DNA from: Dehalococcoidia bacterium
Lineage (GTDB): Bacteria; Chloroflexota; Dehalococcoidia; DSTF01; WHTK01
Reading direction: 5' to 3'
NCBI GenBank assembly: GCA_009377745.1
Contig: WHTK01000012.1
Coordinates: 11,742 to 75,741 of the forward strand
DNA length: 64,000 nt
Under the pieces are notes generated by a model that was given only the letters and a program-made list of their open reading frames with translations, did not search any database and was not told the DNA's origin. Positions 45,266 through 55,622 of the stretch are shown piece after piece (position 1 is the stretch's first letter; every line of letters begins with the position of its first letter). A program made the translations under genes and the position numbers.

Positions 45266-46504
45266 TTAGCGGTAGCGGCGGAAGACGAGGCTGCTGTTCT
45301 GGCCGCCGAGACCGAAGGCGTTGGACATCGCGACTTCGACGTCAGCCTTGCGTGATTTGTTGGGCACGTAGTCGAGGTCGCAATTGGGGTCCGGGAACTC
45401 GTAGTTGATGGTGGGGGCGATGACGCCATCGCGGATTGTCAGGACGGAGACGGCGGCCTCGACGGCCCCGGCCGCGGCGGCAAGGTGGCCGGTCATCGAC
45501 TTGGTGGAGCTTACGGGTATTCCGTAGGCGCGCTCGCCGAAAACCTGCTTTACAGCGGCGGTCTCGGCCTTGTCGTTGAGCTGAGTGCCGGTGCCGTGGG
45601 CGTTAATGTAGTCAATGTCGTCGATGCTGAGGCCCGCGGCTGTCATGGCGCGCTTCATCGCCAGGGCCTGGCCGTCGACGTCCGGGGCGGCGTCGTCCGT
45701 GGCGTCGAATGACCAGGCGGCGGAGGCCAGCTCGCAGATGATCGAGGCGTTGCGGCGGCGGGCGAACTCTTCAGTCTCGAGGATGAGGATGCCGGCGCCT
45801 TCGCCCAGGACGAAGCCGCCGCGCTTGGCATCGAAAGGGCGCGAGGCGCGCTCCGGCTCATGGTTCCAGGTCTTGACCAGCGCCCCGAGGCCGCTCATGG
45901 CGGCGATGACGACGCGGCTGACCATGGCCTCACTGCCGCCGGCGACAATGCAATCGGCGTAACCGAGACGCATCATGTTGAGCGCCTGGCCGATGGCATC
46001 GCCCCCGGAGGCGCAGGCGCTGTTATTGCTGGAGTTGGGCCCGCGCACCTCCAGCAGGCGGCCAACGCGGACGGCAGCGCTGTACTGGCCGATGCGAGGC
46101 ACGGTGAGGGGGTCGACGCGGCCGGGACCGCGCTCGTCGATGATGTGATCCTGAGCGGCAATGGTCTCGTGGGAGCCGCTGCTGGCGATCATGACGCCGA
46201 TGGCATCGCGGTTGCTCTCATCGATTGTCAGGTTGGCGGAAGTGACAGCCTCACGCGCCGCGACGACGGCCATCTGGGTATGACGGCCGGAGCGGTGGGC
46301 AGTGCGGCGGTCCATGAGGTCCTCCGGCACGAAGCCCTTGAGCTCGCCAGCCACCTGGACATCGAAGCTGCTGGCGTCGAAGTGGGTAATCGGACCGGTA
46401 CCGGAGCGGCCGGCGCGCATCGCCTCCCAGGTGGAGGGCGCGTCAAGACCGACGGGGGTGACCATGCCTATGCCTGTGACAACAACCTTGGGAAAATCAA
46501 CCAT
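45266..46504 (-). CDS. fabF: beta-ketoacyl-ACP synthase II
   Basis: 412 aa. Active-site Cys (NSACASG), His-His (NAHGTGT ... KSMTGHLAAAAG), C-terminal GLGGQN. Confidence 0.93.
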   Translation of the reverse strand: MVDFPKVVVTGIGMVTPVGLDAPSTWEAMRAGRSGTGPITHFDASSFDVQVAGELKGFVPEDLMDRRTAHRSGRHTQMAVVAAREAVTSANLTIDESNRDAIGVMIASSGSHETIAAQDHIIDERGPGRVDPLTVPRIGQYSAAVRVGRLLEVRGPNSSNNSACASGGDAIGQALNMMRLGYADCIVAGGSEAMVSRVVIAAMSGLGALVKTWNHEPERASRPFDAKRGGFVLGEGAGILILETEEFARRRNASIICELASAAWSFDATDDAAPDVDGQALAMKRAMTAAGLSIDDIDYINAHGTGTQLNDKAETAAVKQVFGERAYGIPVSSTKSMTGHLAAAAGAVEAAVSVLTIRDGVIAPTINYEFPDPNCDLDYVPNKSRKADVEVAMSNAFGLGGQNSSLVFRRYR

Positions 46505-46603
46505 GATCCCTTTGTAACACGGCGAATGTGTAGCAACAACTTAACAGCTAGCTCAGGATGGGAAACGTTGACGTAAACGGCAGGTTACGCGTAGCATCGC
46601 CCT

Positions 46604-47881
46604 ATGGCTCACGAAGTGGCTGAGAGTGCCGGCGTGGGCACCATCGAGGATCAGATCGCGCCGCAGCAGCGCCTCGGCACCTTCTACTCGCTACGCTACC
46701 CTGACTTCAATCTTCTCCTCCAGGGCCAAATTGGGGCTGCCGCCTCGATGTGGATGGAGAACATCGCCCGGCCGCTGCTGATCTACGAGCTAACGGACTC
46801 CGCGCTGATGGTCGGCCTGCTACACGCGACGCGCATGGCGCCGCAGCTACTCCTGGGCATCTGGGCCGGCGTCATCGCCGACAGGATGGACAAGCGCAAG
46901 ATCCTCCTGATCTCGAAGACGGTCACGCTGACAAGCATGGCGGTGACGGCGCTGCTGATCATTAGCGGCGTCATCACGCCCTGGATGGTCTTCGTGACGA
47001 CCTTCATCACGGGCTCATCCATGGCCTTCGATGGGCCGGCCAGACAATCGCTGATCCCGCGACTGGTGCCGGAAAGAAGCCTGGCCAACGCAATCGCGTT
47101 AAACCTGGCAGCGATGAACCTAATGCGAATCGGCGGGCCGTCGCTGGCGGGCCTGATCCTGGTGTTCTTCGACTTCGGCCCTCTCTATGTAATTCAGTCG
47201 GCTATGTATGCCTGGGTCATCTTCTGCACCCTGAGGATCAAGACACGCACGGAGGAGCAGAAGAGGGTTGGCGGCTCGATGTTCGCGGAGCTAGTCGAAG
47301 GCTTCGAGGCGGTGAAGAGGGACCGGATTATCTTCTATATCCTGATCCTCTGCCTTTCGATGTTCGTGCTGGGCTTCCCCTACCAGGGCCTCTTTATCCC
47401 CCTCATCGCCGTCGAGGAGCTGGATATCGGCAAGTCAGGGGCCGGATTGCTGATCTCGGTGACGGGCATCGGCGCCATCATCGGCTCGCTGTCGATTGCG
47501 ACTTACGGCGATAGGCTGCCCGGGCGGGGCTTCTGGCTGCTGGCGTTCATTATTATTTTCGGTCTGGCGCTGCTGCTGTTCGCGCAGACTCAGTTCATAC
47601 CGCTGGTGATCCTGGCGCTGATCGTCACCGGCGGCATGCAGACGGCGTTCATGTCGTTGAATAACGCGTACGTCTTGCAGCGCACGGCGCCGGCGCTCCA
47701 GGGAAGAGTGATGAGCCTCTTCAGCCTGGACCGGGGCCTGATGCCGCTGGGCGCGGCGCTGGGCGGCTTTCTGGCGGAAGAGCTCGGCCCATCGACCGGC
47801 CTGTCGATCATGGCCGGCCTCTGCATCGGCTGCACGCTGGTGTTGACCATCCTCGTGCCGTCGCTGCGTCGCATCCGCTAG
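46604..47881 (+). CDS. MFS transporter
   Basis: 425 aa, about 12 TM segments. Motif A-like GVIADRMDKRKI. Confidence 0.88.
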   Translation: MAHEVAESAGVGTIEDQIAPQQRLGTFYSLRYPDFNLLLQGQIGAAASMWMENIARPLLIYELTDSALMVGLLHATRMAPQLLLGIWAGVIADRMDKRKILLISKTVTLTSMAVTALLIISGVITPWMVFVTTFITGSSMAFDGPARQSLIPRLVPERSLANAIALNLAAMNLMRIGGPSLAGLILVFFDFGPLYVIQSAMYAWVIFCTLRIKTRTEEQKRVGGSMFAELVEGFEAVKRDRIIFYILILCLSMFVLGFPYQGLFIPLIAVEELDIGKSGAGLLISVTGIGAIIGSLSIATYGDRLPGRGFWLLAFIIIFGLALLLFAQTQFIPLVILALIVTGGMQTAFMSLNNAYVLQRTAPALQGRVMSLFSLDRGLMPLGAALGGFLAEELGPSTGLSIMAGLCIGCTLVLTILVPSLRRIR

Positions 47882-47980
47882 ACCAGCTAATCGAGATCGC
47901 AAGCCGGGGCTTCTCTCCTTCTTAGGCCGTCTGTGATAGGCGTTAACAATCCTAAATTGCTCTTGTGCTAAAATTCAGCT

Positions 47981-48304
47981 ATGACACGGGTGACGGTGCT
48001 GCCATCCTGTATCGAATTCGAGGTGAGCATCGGCGAGACGCTGATGGGTGGCGCTCAGGCGCGTGGCCTATACTGGCCGACGACCTGCGGCGGCCAGGCG
48101 ATCTGCACCACCTGCCTGACGGAGATCGTCAGCGGCGGTGAGGCGCTGGCTGAGATGGGCCGCAGCGAGCGCAAGACGCTGGTCTCGGAGCGTGGTGAGG
48201 CAATTCTGAGACGCCCCATGCGGCTGGCCTGCCAATCGGCTGTCCTGAGCGAGGGCATGATCACGGTGAACAAGCCGGGCGTACGCTCGGCTTCCGAGCT
48301 GTAA
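47981..48304 (+). CDS. 2Fe-2S ferredoxin
   Basis: 107 aa. CGGQAICTTC ... LACQ cluster ligands. Confidence 0.85.
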   Translation: MTRVTVLPSCIEFEVSIGETLMGGAQARGLYWPTTCGGQAICTTCLTEIVSGGEALAEMGRSERKTLVSERGEAILRRPMRLACQSAVLSEGMITVNKPGVRSASEL

Positions 48305-48364
48305 CGGCCACTAGAAATCAGTGTCATGACTATGGTACAAATAGAAGACTCCTATTAGAGGTGA

Positions 48365-49282
48365 ATGAACGTGGACCTAGGTCAGCTTGAAGCCTTCGTG
48401 CAGGTGGCGAATCAGCGCAGCTTCAGCCGCGCCGCCGAAGCTTTGTTTCTAACCCAGCCCTCCGTGACGGCGCGTATTCAGGCCCTGGAACGCGACCTGG
48501 GCGAGCGCCTGTTCGAGCGCTCCGGCCGCGGCGTCCGCCTTACCGAAGTCGGAGCTTGTTTCCTGCCTCACGCCGAGCGTGTGCTGCAGGTGCTGCACTC
48601 CGGCCGGGAGGCAATCGATTCGTTGCGCAACCTGCAGTCCGGCACGCTGATCCTCGCTTCCGCGACCACCGTCAGCACCTACGTCCTGCCGGGGCTGCTG
48701 AAGACGTTCCGCTCGCGCTTCCCGCGCGTCGAGGTCAACGTACGCACCGGCCGCTCCGAGCAGGTGCTGCAGATGCTGCTCTCGGACGAGGCGCAAGTCG
48801 GCCTGGTGCGCGCCGTCTACCACCAGGACATCGAGACCAAGGGCCTGGTAGAGGACGAGCTGGTCCTGGTCTGCAACGCCGAGCATGAGCTGGCGGGGCA
48901 GGATGGCATCACCGTCGAGCAGTTGGGCGATAATCCCTTCATCTTCTTCGACCGGACTTCCAGCTACTACGCGTTGGCGCAGGGCCTGTTCCGCCAGCGA
49001 GGCGTGGTGCCGCGTATCCAGATGGAGCTGGACTCCATGGAGGCGACCAAGCGCATGGTGGAGGAAGGCCTGGGCCTGGCCTTGCTGCCGCGCATCTCCG
49101 TGGAGCGGGAGCTGCAAACCGGCACCCTGGTCGAGGTGGGCATCGCCGGGATACCGAACCCGACGCGCCAGATCGCGCTAATCACGCGCCGAGGACGGCC
49201 ATTGGGCCCCGTGGCGCAGTCGTTCGTCGACATCGTCCAGGAGATGTACATCGGCAATCGCGGCGTGCCGGTCGCGGTTTAG
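48365..49282 (+). CDS. LysR family transcriptional regulator
   Basis: 305 aa. N-terminal HTH (LEAFVQVANQRSFSRAAEALFLTQPSVTARIQALE) plus a substrate-binding domain. Confidence 0.9.
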   Translation: MNVDLGQLEAFVQVANQRSFSRAAEALFLTQPSVTARIQALERDLGERLFERSGRGVRLTEVGACFLPHAERVLQVLHSGREAIDSLRNLQSGTLILASATTVSTYVLPGLLKTFRSRFPRVEVNVRTGRSEQVLQMLLSDEAQVGLVRAVYHQDIETKGLVEDELVLVCNAEHELAGQDGITVEQLGDNPFIFFDRTSSYYALAQGLFRQRGVVPRIQMELDSMEATKRMVEEGLGLALLPRISVERELQTGTLVEVGIAGIPNPTRQIALITRRGRPLGPVAQSFVDIVQEMYIGNRGVPVAV

Positions 49283-49306
49283 CCAGCCAACTTAGAGCAG
49301 AGCAAC

Positions 49307-50707
49307 GTGCGAGAGGCTGACCTCACCGGCTTGAGCCTGAGCGAGGCCGCCCAGAAGATCGCCCGGCGCGAGGTTTCACCGCTGGAGCTGACGGAAGCGT
49401 GCATCGAGCGCGCCGAGCGGCTGGACCCGCTGCTTAACGCTTATTTCACCAAGACATTCGATCTAGCTCTCGCTCAGGCCAGAGATGCCACAGCAGAGAT
49501 CGCGGCCGGCAGGCAGCAAAGCCCGCTGCACGGCGTCCCCTTCGCCCTGAAGGACCTCTACGAGACCGCGGGCATCCGCACGACAGCGGGCGCCAGGCTG
49601 CGAGACAGCTACGTGCCTGCCGAGGACGCCCACGTTGTAACGATGCTGAAGCAGGCAGGCATTGTGCTGCTGGGCAAGCTCAACATGCACGAATGGGCGC
49701 TAGGCGGCACGAATATCAACGAGCATTACCCCTCGCCGCGCAATCCCTGGGATACGGACAGGATCACCGGCGGGTCGAGCGGTGGCTCAGCGGCGGCGCT
49801 GGCGGCGGGGCTTTGTCTTGGGTCTCTGGGCAGCGATACACGCGGGTCGATCCGCATACCTGCTGCGCTTTGCGGCATCACCGGCCTGAAGCCGACTTAC
49901 GGCCGGGTGAGTCTGCGAGGCGTTGTGCCGTTGAACTGGTCGCTGGACCACGCCGGGCCGATGGCGCGGACGGCCGCGGACTGCGCCCTGATCCTGCAGG
50001 CCATCGCCGGCTACGATTCGGCAGATCCTCTGAGCGTCGATGAGCCTGTCCCTGACTACAGCGTTGCGTTGAGGAGCGATCTGAGGGGCGTGCGCATCGG
50101 TGTGCCGCGTGAGTTCTTCTTCGATGGCACTGTGCTTGAGGCCGAGGTGATAGCAGCCGTCCAGGCCACACGCGAGGTCTTCAGGTCGTTGGGGGCCGAG
50201 GTGAGAGATGTCTCGCTGCCGGATATAGAGGCGCTATCGGCTGACGGCGGCGCCTTCCTGGCCGATGCCGCGGCTTATCACGAGACCAATTTAAGGGAGT
50301 ATCCGGAGCTCTACGGAAGCAACGTGCGCTCGCGTCTGCAGGCGGCGCTGAGCATCCCGGCGGCAGCCTATTCGCGAGCGCGACTGCGCCAGTTCGAGCT
50401 GAAGCGCAGCCTGGCAGGGACATTCGCAGACATTGATCTGCTGCTGACGCCGACGACGCCGGTGGTGGCCTTCGCATTCCCGGACGACCCTACCAGCGTG
50501 CCGCCGACGCTGCTGACGCGGAACACGGGACCGTTTAACGTCGCCGGCAACCCGGCGATTTCGGTCCCTTGTGGGTTCACTGCGGAGGGAATGCCGATCG
50601 GCCTGTCGCTGGCGGGACGCTGGTGGGAGGAAGGGCTGGTGCTGGGCGCGGCGCACGCCTATCAGCAGGTCACTGACTGGCACAAACGCGCCCCGGACCT
50701 GGGTTAG
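49307..50707 (+). CDS. amidase (amidase-signature family, GatA-like)
   Basis: 466 aa. AS signature GGSSGGSAAALAAG, with the catalytic Lys context (PFALKDLY). GTG start. Confidence 0.9.
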   Translation: MREADLTGLSLSEAAQKIARREVSPLELTEACIERAERLDPLLNAYFTKTFDLALAQARDATAEIAAGRQQSPLHGVPFALKDLYETAGIRTTAGARLRDSYVPAEDAHVVTMLKQAGIVLLGKLNMHEWALGGTNINEHYPSPRNPWDTDRITGGSSGGSAAALAAGLCLGSLGSDTRGSIRIPAALCGITGLKPTYGRVSLRGVVPLNWSLDHAGPMARTAADCALILQAIAGYDSADPLSVDEPVPDYSVALRSDLRGVRIGVPREFFFDGTVLEAEVIAAVQATREVFRSLGAEVRDVSLPDIEALSADGGAFLADAAAYHETNLREYPELYGSNVRSRLQAALSIPAAAYSRARLRQFELKRSLAGTFADIDLLLTPTTPVVAFAFPDDPTSVPPTLLTRNTGPFNVAGNPAISVPCGFTAEGMPIGLSLAGRWWEEGLVLGAAHAYQQVTDWHKRAPDLG

Positions 50708-50763
50708 CAGCGCTTCGTTTTCATAGCCTCGTCAACCAGGCTTAGAGCATTGCTGCCGCGGTC

Positions 50764-51621
50764 TTAGGCGCCGGCCTCGATCTCGGAGCGGATCGACTTG
50801 AGCATCGTGACGTTGGGCTCGTCCGGGCCATTGCCGTCGAAGCCGGGCACCTCGAGCAGGAAGGGCACGTCCTTGAAACCGCGGTGGGCCATGATCCGCT
50901 TGAAGCCCGCAACACCGATCAGCCCTTCGCCGATGTTCTCGTGGCGGTCGCGGCCGCTGCCCAGCTCAACCTTTGAGTCGTTGGCGTGGACGGCGACAAG
51001 CTGGTCGAAGCCGACTTCCTGCTCGAACTCGGTCATTGCCAGCTCAAGGCCCTCGGCGGAGGCGAGGTCGTAGCCGGCCGCGTAGGAGTGCTGGGTATCG
51101 ATGCAGACCTTGACGCGTGGGCTGCCGACCTGACGGATGATCCGGCCGAGGTCGGCGAAGCGGGAGCCGATGGTGCCGCCGGCGCCGGCTGAGTTCTCGA
51201 GGATTAACAGGGTATCGTCCGGGGTGTTGCTGATCACGTCGGTGCAGGCGCGGCAGATCTGGTCGAAGACGGCATCGAGCCCCTGACCCTTATGGCTGCC
51301 AAGGTGAAAGATCACGCCGGTGATGCCGAGCTGGGAGCAGGCGGTCATCGATGACTTGAGGGAGCTGGTTGAGCGGGTAAGGTTGGTCTCGTCAGCGGCG
51401 GCGAGGTTAATAAGGTATACGCCGTGGACGAAGACGGGGCCGACGCTGCTGGTGGCCTTACGGGCGCGAAACGCCTCGGCCTGCTCCGGTTCGACCTTGC
51501 TGCTGCGCCATTGCTGCGGCGGTGTGAGGAAGATCTGCGCGGCTTCAGCGCCGATAGCCTCAGCGCGGTCCATGCAGGTAATGGGGCCTCCGGCTGTGGA
51601 GACGTGGGCGCCGACTCTCAT
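50764..51621 (-). CDS. nfo: deoxyribonuclease IV (endonuclease IV)
   Basis: 285 aa. MRVGAHVS...AQIFLTPPQQW...FVHGVYLINLA...IFHLGSH...LILENSAG...CIDTQH are typical Nfo blocks. Confidence 0.9.
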   Translation of the reverse strand: MRVGAHVSTAGGPITCMDRAEAIGAEAAQIFLTPPQQWRSSKVEPEQAEAFRARKATSSVGPVFVHGVYLINLAAADETNLTRSTSSLKSSMTACSQLGITGVIFHLGSHKGQGLDAVFDQICRACTDVISNTPDDTLLILENSAGAGGTIGSRFADLGRIIRQVGSPRVKVCIDTQHSYAAGYDLASAEGLELAMTEFEQEVGFDQLVAVHANDSKVELGSGRDRHENIGEGLIGVAGFKRIMAHRGFKDVPFLLEVPGFDGNGPDEPNVTMLKSIRSEIEAGA

Positions 51622-51854
51622 GGGGCCTCCTAAGAGCGCAATGGGCGGAGTATCAGGCCCATCGTAGGGCGGGGCAATGAGGAGGTCAACGAGTCTGAAT
51701 TGGTGATCTAAAAGTGATGTAGCGATTAGTCACCAGGGGTAATATGACCTGCTATATGGGTTTCCAATCGTTATTGACAGAGGCTCTATACTTGCCGCAG
51801 AAAAGCTCCGTGCCCACGCGGAGACTGTATCGATTCTCGAAGGGGGAGCAAGCG

Positions 51855-53681
51855 ATGCAATCCAACAGACCCTGGCTGGCCAGCTACACAAAGCAGATCA
51901 GCCGCCGGAAGTTCCTGAGCGCCACGGCGGCGGGCGCCGGCGCGGCAGCGCTGATCGCCTGCGGTGGCGGTGGCGACGGTACACAGACGACCCAGACGCT
52001 CACAGTCGACCCGAGCGGCGTCCGTAAGCCCGGCAACGTTGTCTACGAGAAGGACAACTGGAAGCTGGCAGATGAGTCGAAGCAGGCGGTTGACGGCGGC
52101 ACGCTGCGCATCCGCAACGACCTGGACCTGACGGTGAGCTTCGACTGGTACCTGGCCAACACCGGTGTGGTTGAGGAGTTCAACGACAGAGGCTACGAGT
52201 ACCTGACGCGCGGCAACCTCAACCCGACGTTCGGTCCGATCACTGTCCCCGGCCTGGACCCCGGCACGATCGAAGGCCAGAAGCCGGTCCCCGGACTGGC
52301 GGAGGGCTGGGAGGTCAGCGCCGACGGCCTAACCTGGACCTTCACGATGCGCAAGGGTGTCAAGTTCCACAACATCCCGCCGGTAAACGGCCGCGTCATG
52401 GACATCAACGACTGGCGCCAGACTGCGGAAAAGTACCAGGCGGTTGGCTTCAACCGCAGCGCCATCGCCGGCGTCCTCGACCACTGGGAGTGGCCGGACG
52501 CGACTCACTGGGTGTGGAAGCTGAAGGCGCCATACGCGTTCCTGATCAACAACATGAATAACAAGGACTTCGCCATCAAGCTAGGTCCGAAAGAGCTTGT
52601 CCAGAACGACCAGATGCGTGGCACGACCCAGATCGGCACCGGGCCGATGGTGGTCGAAAAGATCCAGCCATCAATCGACTGGACATTCACGCGCCACGAA
52701 GGGTACTGGGACGGCAAGCCACACATCGAGCGCTGGCACTACCCATTGATCCCGGAGATCGCCAACGCTTACTCGCAGTTCGTGGCGAAGAACATCGTCC
52801 GGCACAACCCGTCCTCGCGTGACGTGCTGACGATCCGGGGCGACGTGCCCGAAGCGCTGCTCTCGGCCAACCAGCTTTCCTGGTTCGGTCTCTCGCGCGG
52901 TATCTTCGGCCGCTACGAGAGTGACACATCGCCCTGGAAGGACGCCCGCGTCCGGATCGCCATTCACAAGACGGTGGACCAGGAGTCAATCGTCCGGTTC
53001 CGCAGCAACGCGGATGCGTTCCGCCAGGCCGGCGTCGAAGTTGAGATCCAGCCGATGACTCATGCCTCGCGCGACCCGTCTTACTGGCTCGACCCGACGA
53101 AGGGAGAGCTGGGGGCGGACGGCGACAACTACAAGTTCGACCTCGCCGCCGCCAAGCAGATGGTGAGCGCGGCCGGCTTCCCGGATGGCATCGACATCCC
53201 GATGTACATGCTGCTGGGCTCCCGCAACGACGAGCAGAACCTGCCGCTGGACTTCTTCAAGAAGGCCACGGGCGTCCTGAACATCGAGGAGCACTGGCTG
53301 CAGATGCAGCCCTTCTATGACCAGGTGCAGCAGACCGGCAACTTCAAGGGCTTCCAGCCTTACACGCCGGCCCAGTCGAGCTTCGGCGCGGCCCAGTTCG
53401 ACAAGATCCTGCGAGAGAACTACCACACCAACGGTAAGGCCCCGAGCTACCCGACGCCCGAGCTCGATGCCCTGATCATGAAGCAATTGCAGGAGTCCGA
53501 CGCCGAAAGGCGCTCCGCCATCTACAAGGACATCCAGCGCTACCTGGCGAAGAACTTCAACGCCGTACCCAGCGTCTGGCCCTTTGGTGGTTTCAGCTTC
53601 CAATGGCTTTGGGTGCACAACTCCGCCCAGCAGATCAACAAGCATTGGCTGGACGCGGACACTCCGAACCGCAGCGGATAA
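51855..53681 (+). CDS. ABC transporter substrate-binding protein (family 5, peptide/nickel type), Tat signal plus lipobox
   Basis: Start trimmed to MQSNRPWLASYTKQISRRKFLSATAAGAGAAALIAC, with GGGGGAG upstream. No permease or ATPase genes are adjacent. Confidence 0.88.
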   Translation: MQSNRPWLASYTKQISRRKFLSATAAGAGAAALIACGGGGDGTQTTQTLTVDPSGVRKPGNVVYEKDNWKLADESKQAVDGGTLRIRNDLDLTVSFDWYLANTGVVEEFNDRGYEYLTRGNLNPTFGPITVPGLDPGTIEGQKPVPGLAEGWEVSADGLTWTFTMRKGVKFHNIPPVNGRVMDINDWRQTAEKYQAVGFNRSAIAGVLDHWEWPDATHWVWKLKAPYAFLINNMNNKDFAIKLGPKELVQNDQMRGTTQIGTGPMVVEKIQPSIDWTFTRHEGYWDGKPHIERWHYPLIPEIANAYSQFVAKNIVRHNPSSRDVLTIRGDVPEALLSANQLSWFGLSRGIFGRYESDTSPWKDARVRIAIHKTVDQESIVRFRSNADAFRQAGVEVEIQPMTHASRDPSYWLDPTKGELGADGDNYKFDLAAAKQMVSAAGFPDGIDIPMYMLLGSRNDEQNLPLDFFKKATGVLNIEEHWLQMQPFYDQVQQTGNFKGFQPYTPAQSSFGAAQFDKILRENYHTNGKAPSYPTPELDALIMKQLQESDAERRSAIYKDIQRYLAKNFNAVPSVWPFGGFSFQWLWVHNSAQQINKHWLDADTPNRSG

Positions 53682-53699
53682 GCGAGTTAGCTAACAAGG

Positions 53700-53735
53700 A
53701 AGAGGCGCCGGTGGAAGCCGGCGCCTCTTCTTTTG
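53700..53735. terminator. bidirectional intrinsic terminator between convergent genes
   Basis: AAGAGGCGCCGG-TGGAAG-CCGGCGCCTCTT (12-bp perfect stem) followed by CTTTTG. Confidence 0.7.
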
Positions 53736-53748
53736 CCCTTGTGAGCAG

Positions 53749-54771
53749 CTAGTAGCCGCGCTCGGGATCGACGATGTTCAGCAACGGTTCACCGGCAAGG
53801 TAGCGGCGCAGGTTGCCGCAGAAGATATCGATTGTGCGCTCCAGGGAGCGTTCGCTGCCGCCGGCGGAGTGGGGGCTGATGATGACGTTGGGCATATCCC
53901 AGAGCTCGCTCTCGGCAGGCAGTGGCTCGACGGCGAAGACGTCGAGGCCGGCGCCGGCGATGCGGCCCTCCTTGAGGGCGGCAACCAGGGCAGGCTCATC
54001 CACCAGCCCGCCGCGCGCAATGTTGATCAAGTAGGCAGTGGGCTTCATCGCAGCGATCTCTTTGACGCCGACAATGCCGCGAGTCTGCGGCGTCAGCGGC
54101 GCCGCAAGGACGACGAAATCGCTTTCGGCCATCAGGTAGTTGATCTCGGATGGCGGCACCGCTTCGTCAGCTATCTCGTCCGGGCCACGACTGGTGAAGG
54201 AGCGACGGATGCCGAGGACGCGGCAATCGAAGGCGTGAGCGAGGCGGGCGACCTCAGAGCCGATGTGACCCATGCCGACGATCCCGACCGTATGGCCGGA
54301 GAGATCGGCCGGGCGCTTGCCGGCGCGCCACTCATGGGCCTGCTGGGTACGGAAGAAGGCCGGCCATCCCTTGCTGAACATCAGCATATGGCCGAGGACG
54401 AACTCGGCGATGGGCTGGGCAGCGACGCCGCTGGAGGTCGTGAAAACAACGCCCTCGCTGATCAACTGCTGGGGCATACGGTCTGCTCCGGCCGCTATCG
54501 ACTGCACCCAGCTCACTTTCGGGGCGATGGCGCGCAGGTCGGGGACGCGCTTGGCGACGGCGCCATAGGGGCAGAGGATGACGTCCGCTTCGGCAAATCC
54601 TTCCGCCATCTGCTGATCCGTAGCCTGGGCCTGCATCTGATCGAAGTTGCCGCGCGGGCCGCCGGGGTTGGTGGCGACGCCGAGCACCCGCAGGTTGACC
54701 TCAGGCGAGACGGCCTGAATGCGCTCGACCAGGGCCGGGGCGAGCGGCCAGCTGATGACGACCTTGAGCAT
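53749..54771 (-). CDS. D-isomer-specific 2-hydroxyacid dehydrogenase family protein
   Basis: 340 aa. NAD-binding motif GIVGMGHIGSEVA and a catalytic region (NIARGGLVDE ... SPHSAG). Confidence 0.9.
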   Translation of the reverse strand: MLKVVISWPLAPALVERIQAVSPEVNLRVLGVATNPGGPRGNFDQMQAQATDQQMAEGFAEADVILCPYGAVAKRVPDLRAIAPKVSWVQSIAAGADRMPQQLISEGVVFTTSSGVAAQPIAEFVLGHMLMFSKGWPAFFRTQQAHEWRAGKRPADLSGHTVGIVGMGHIGSEVARLAHAFDCRVLGIRRSFTSRGPDEIADEAVPPSEINYLMAESDFVVLAAPLTPQTRGIVGVKEIAAMKPTAYLINIARGGLVDEPALVAALKEGRIAGAGLDVFAVEPLPAESELWDMPNVIISPHSAGGSERSLERTIDIFCGNLRRYLAGEPLLNIVDPERGY

Positions 54772-54862
54772 GAAAGAACCTACCTTCTAGAGATCACGCC
54801 TGAAGGCTGCTCGATGGCGAAGCCTACCGAACTATGTCACGGCCGGCGGCTTCGCGACCAGT

Positions 54863-55534
54863 CTAGTCGAGGCTGAAGGGCGGGTACTGGTCCTGCAGCA
54901 GCAAAGCGTAGGCCTCGACGCGGAGAGACCAGCGCATGTATCCGATGCCAAAGCGGTAGAGGCCCTCCGGATAAGCGCCGGTGAAGAGGATGGCGAACCA
55001 GCCGATGATCACGGTCACCACCCAGGCGATGCCGATGAAGAATAGGACGAACACATGCGGGATTAAGAAGATCAGCCGCAAGCCGACAGAGAGCCGGTCG
55101 CGGGTTTCGGGAGGCTCGCCGGGGGTGAACTGCACCGGATAAGCGCCTTCGCCGAAGGGCGGATACTCGTCACGCAGGAGGCCGCTATAAGCGACAGCGC
55201 GGCTGCGCCAATGCAAATAGAAGGTCGCGAAGTCCCAGAGGCCCTTCGGGTGCTTACCGGTAAAGACAATGGCGAACCAGGAGATGATCGCCATAACCCA
55301 GGCCACGGCGCCGATGACGCCGCTGGCGCCGAAGGTGTACCAGTAATTGCCATCACCGAAGCCTCCACCGCCGAAGCCGAAACCGAGGGCCAGACCAGGC
55401 CCGCCGACCAGCAGCAGATGGGGGATGGCCAGGATGATGCGGAAGGCCACCGTCAGCCGATTACGGCCGGTGATCTGGGGTTCGACGTCGAAGACAACGG
55501 GGTATCCGGGGGCCGGGATCGCGGCTTCAGTCAT
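54863..55534 (-). CDS. DUF4389 domain membrane protein (two repeats)
   Basis: 223 aa. Duplicated pattern R..L.IPH....+ WFAI.FTG.(Y/H)P.GL..F ... Y....L.D.YPPF. Confidence 0.75.
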   Translation of the reverse strand: MTEAAIPAPGYPVVFDVEPQITGRNRLTVAFRIILAIPHLLLVGGPGLALGFGFGGGGFGDGNYWYTFGASGVIGAVAWVMAIISWFAIVFTGKHPKGLWDFATFYLHWRSRAVAYSGLLRDEYPPFGEGAYPVQFTPGEPPETRDRLSVGLRLIFLIPHVFVLFFIGIAWVVTVIIGWFAILFTGAYPEGLYRFGIGYMRWSLRVEAYALLLQDQYPPFSLD

Positions 55535-55566
55535 TGCTCACCTCCTTTGAGGGCAGCGTGAGAATA

Positions 55567-55595
55567 ACAGAAAGGCCGTCGCTCTTGGGGACGGC
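55567..55595 (-). terminator. possible intrinsic terminator after the GuaB3-like gene
   Basis: On the minus strand: GGCCGTC-N9-GACGGCC followed by TTTCTGTTATT. The T-run is weak. Confidence 0.4.
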
Positions 55596-55622
55596 CATCT
55601 ACTTACTGCTGGTGATTTCGAG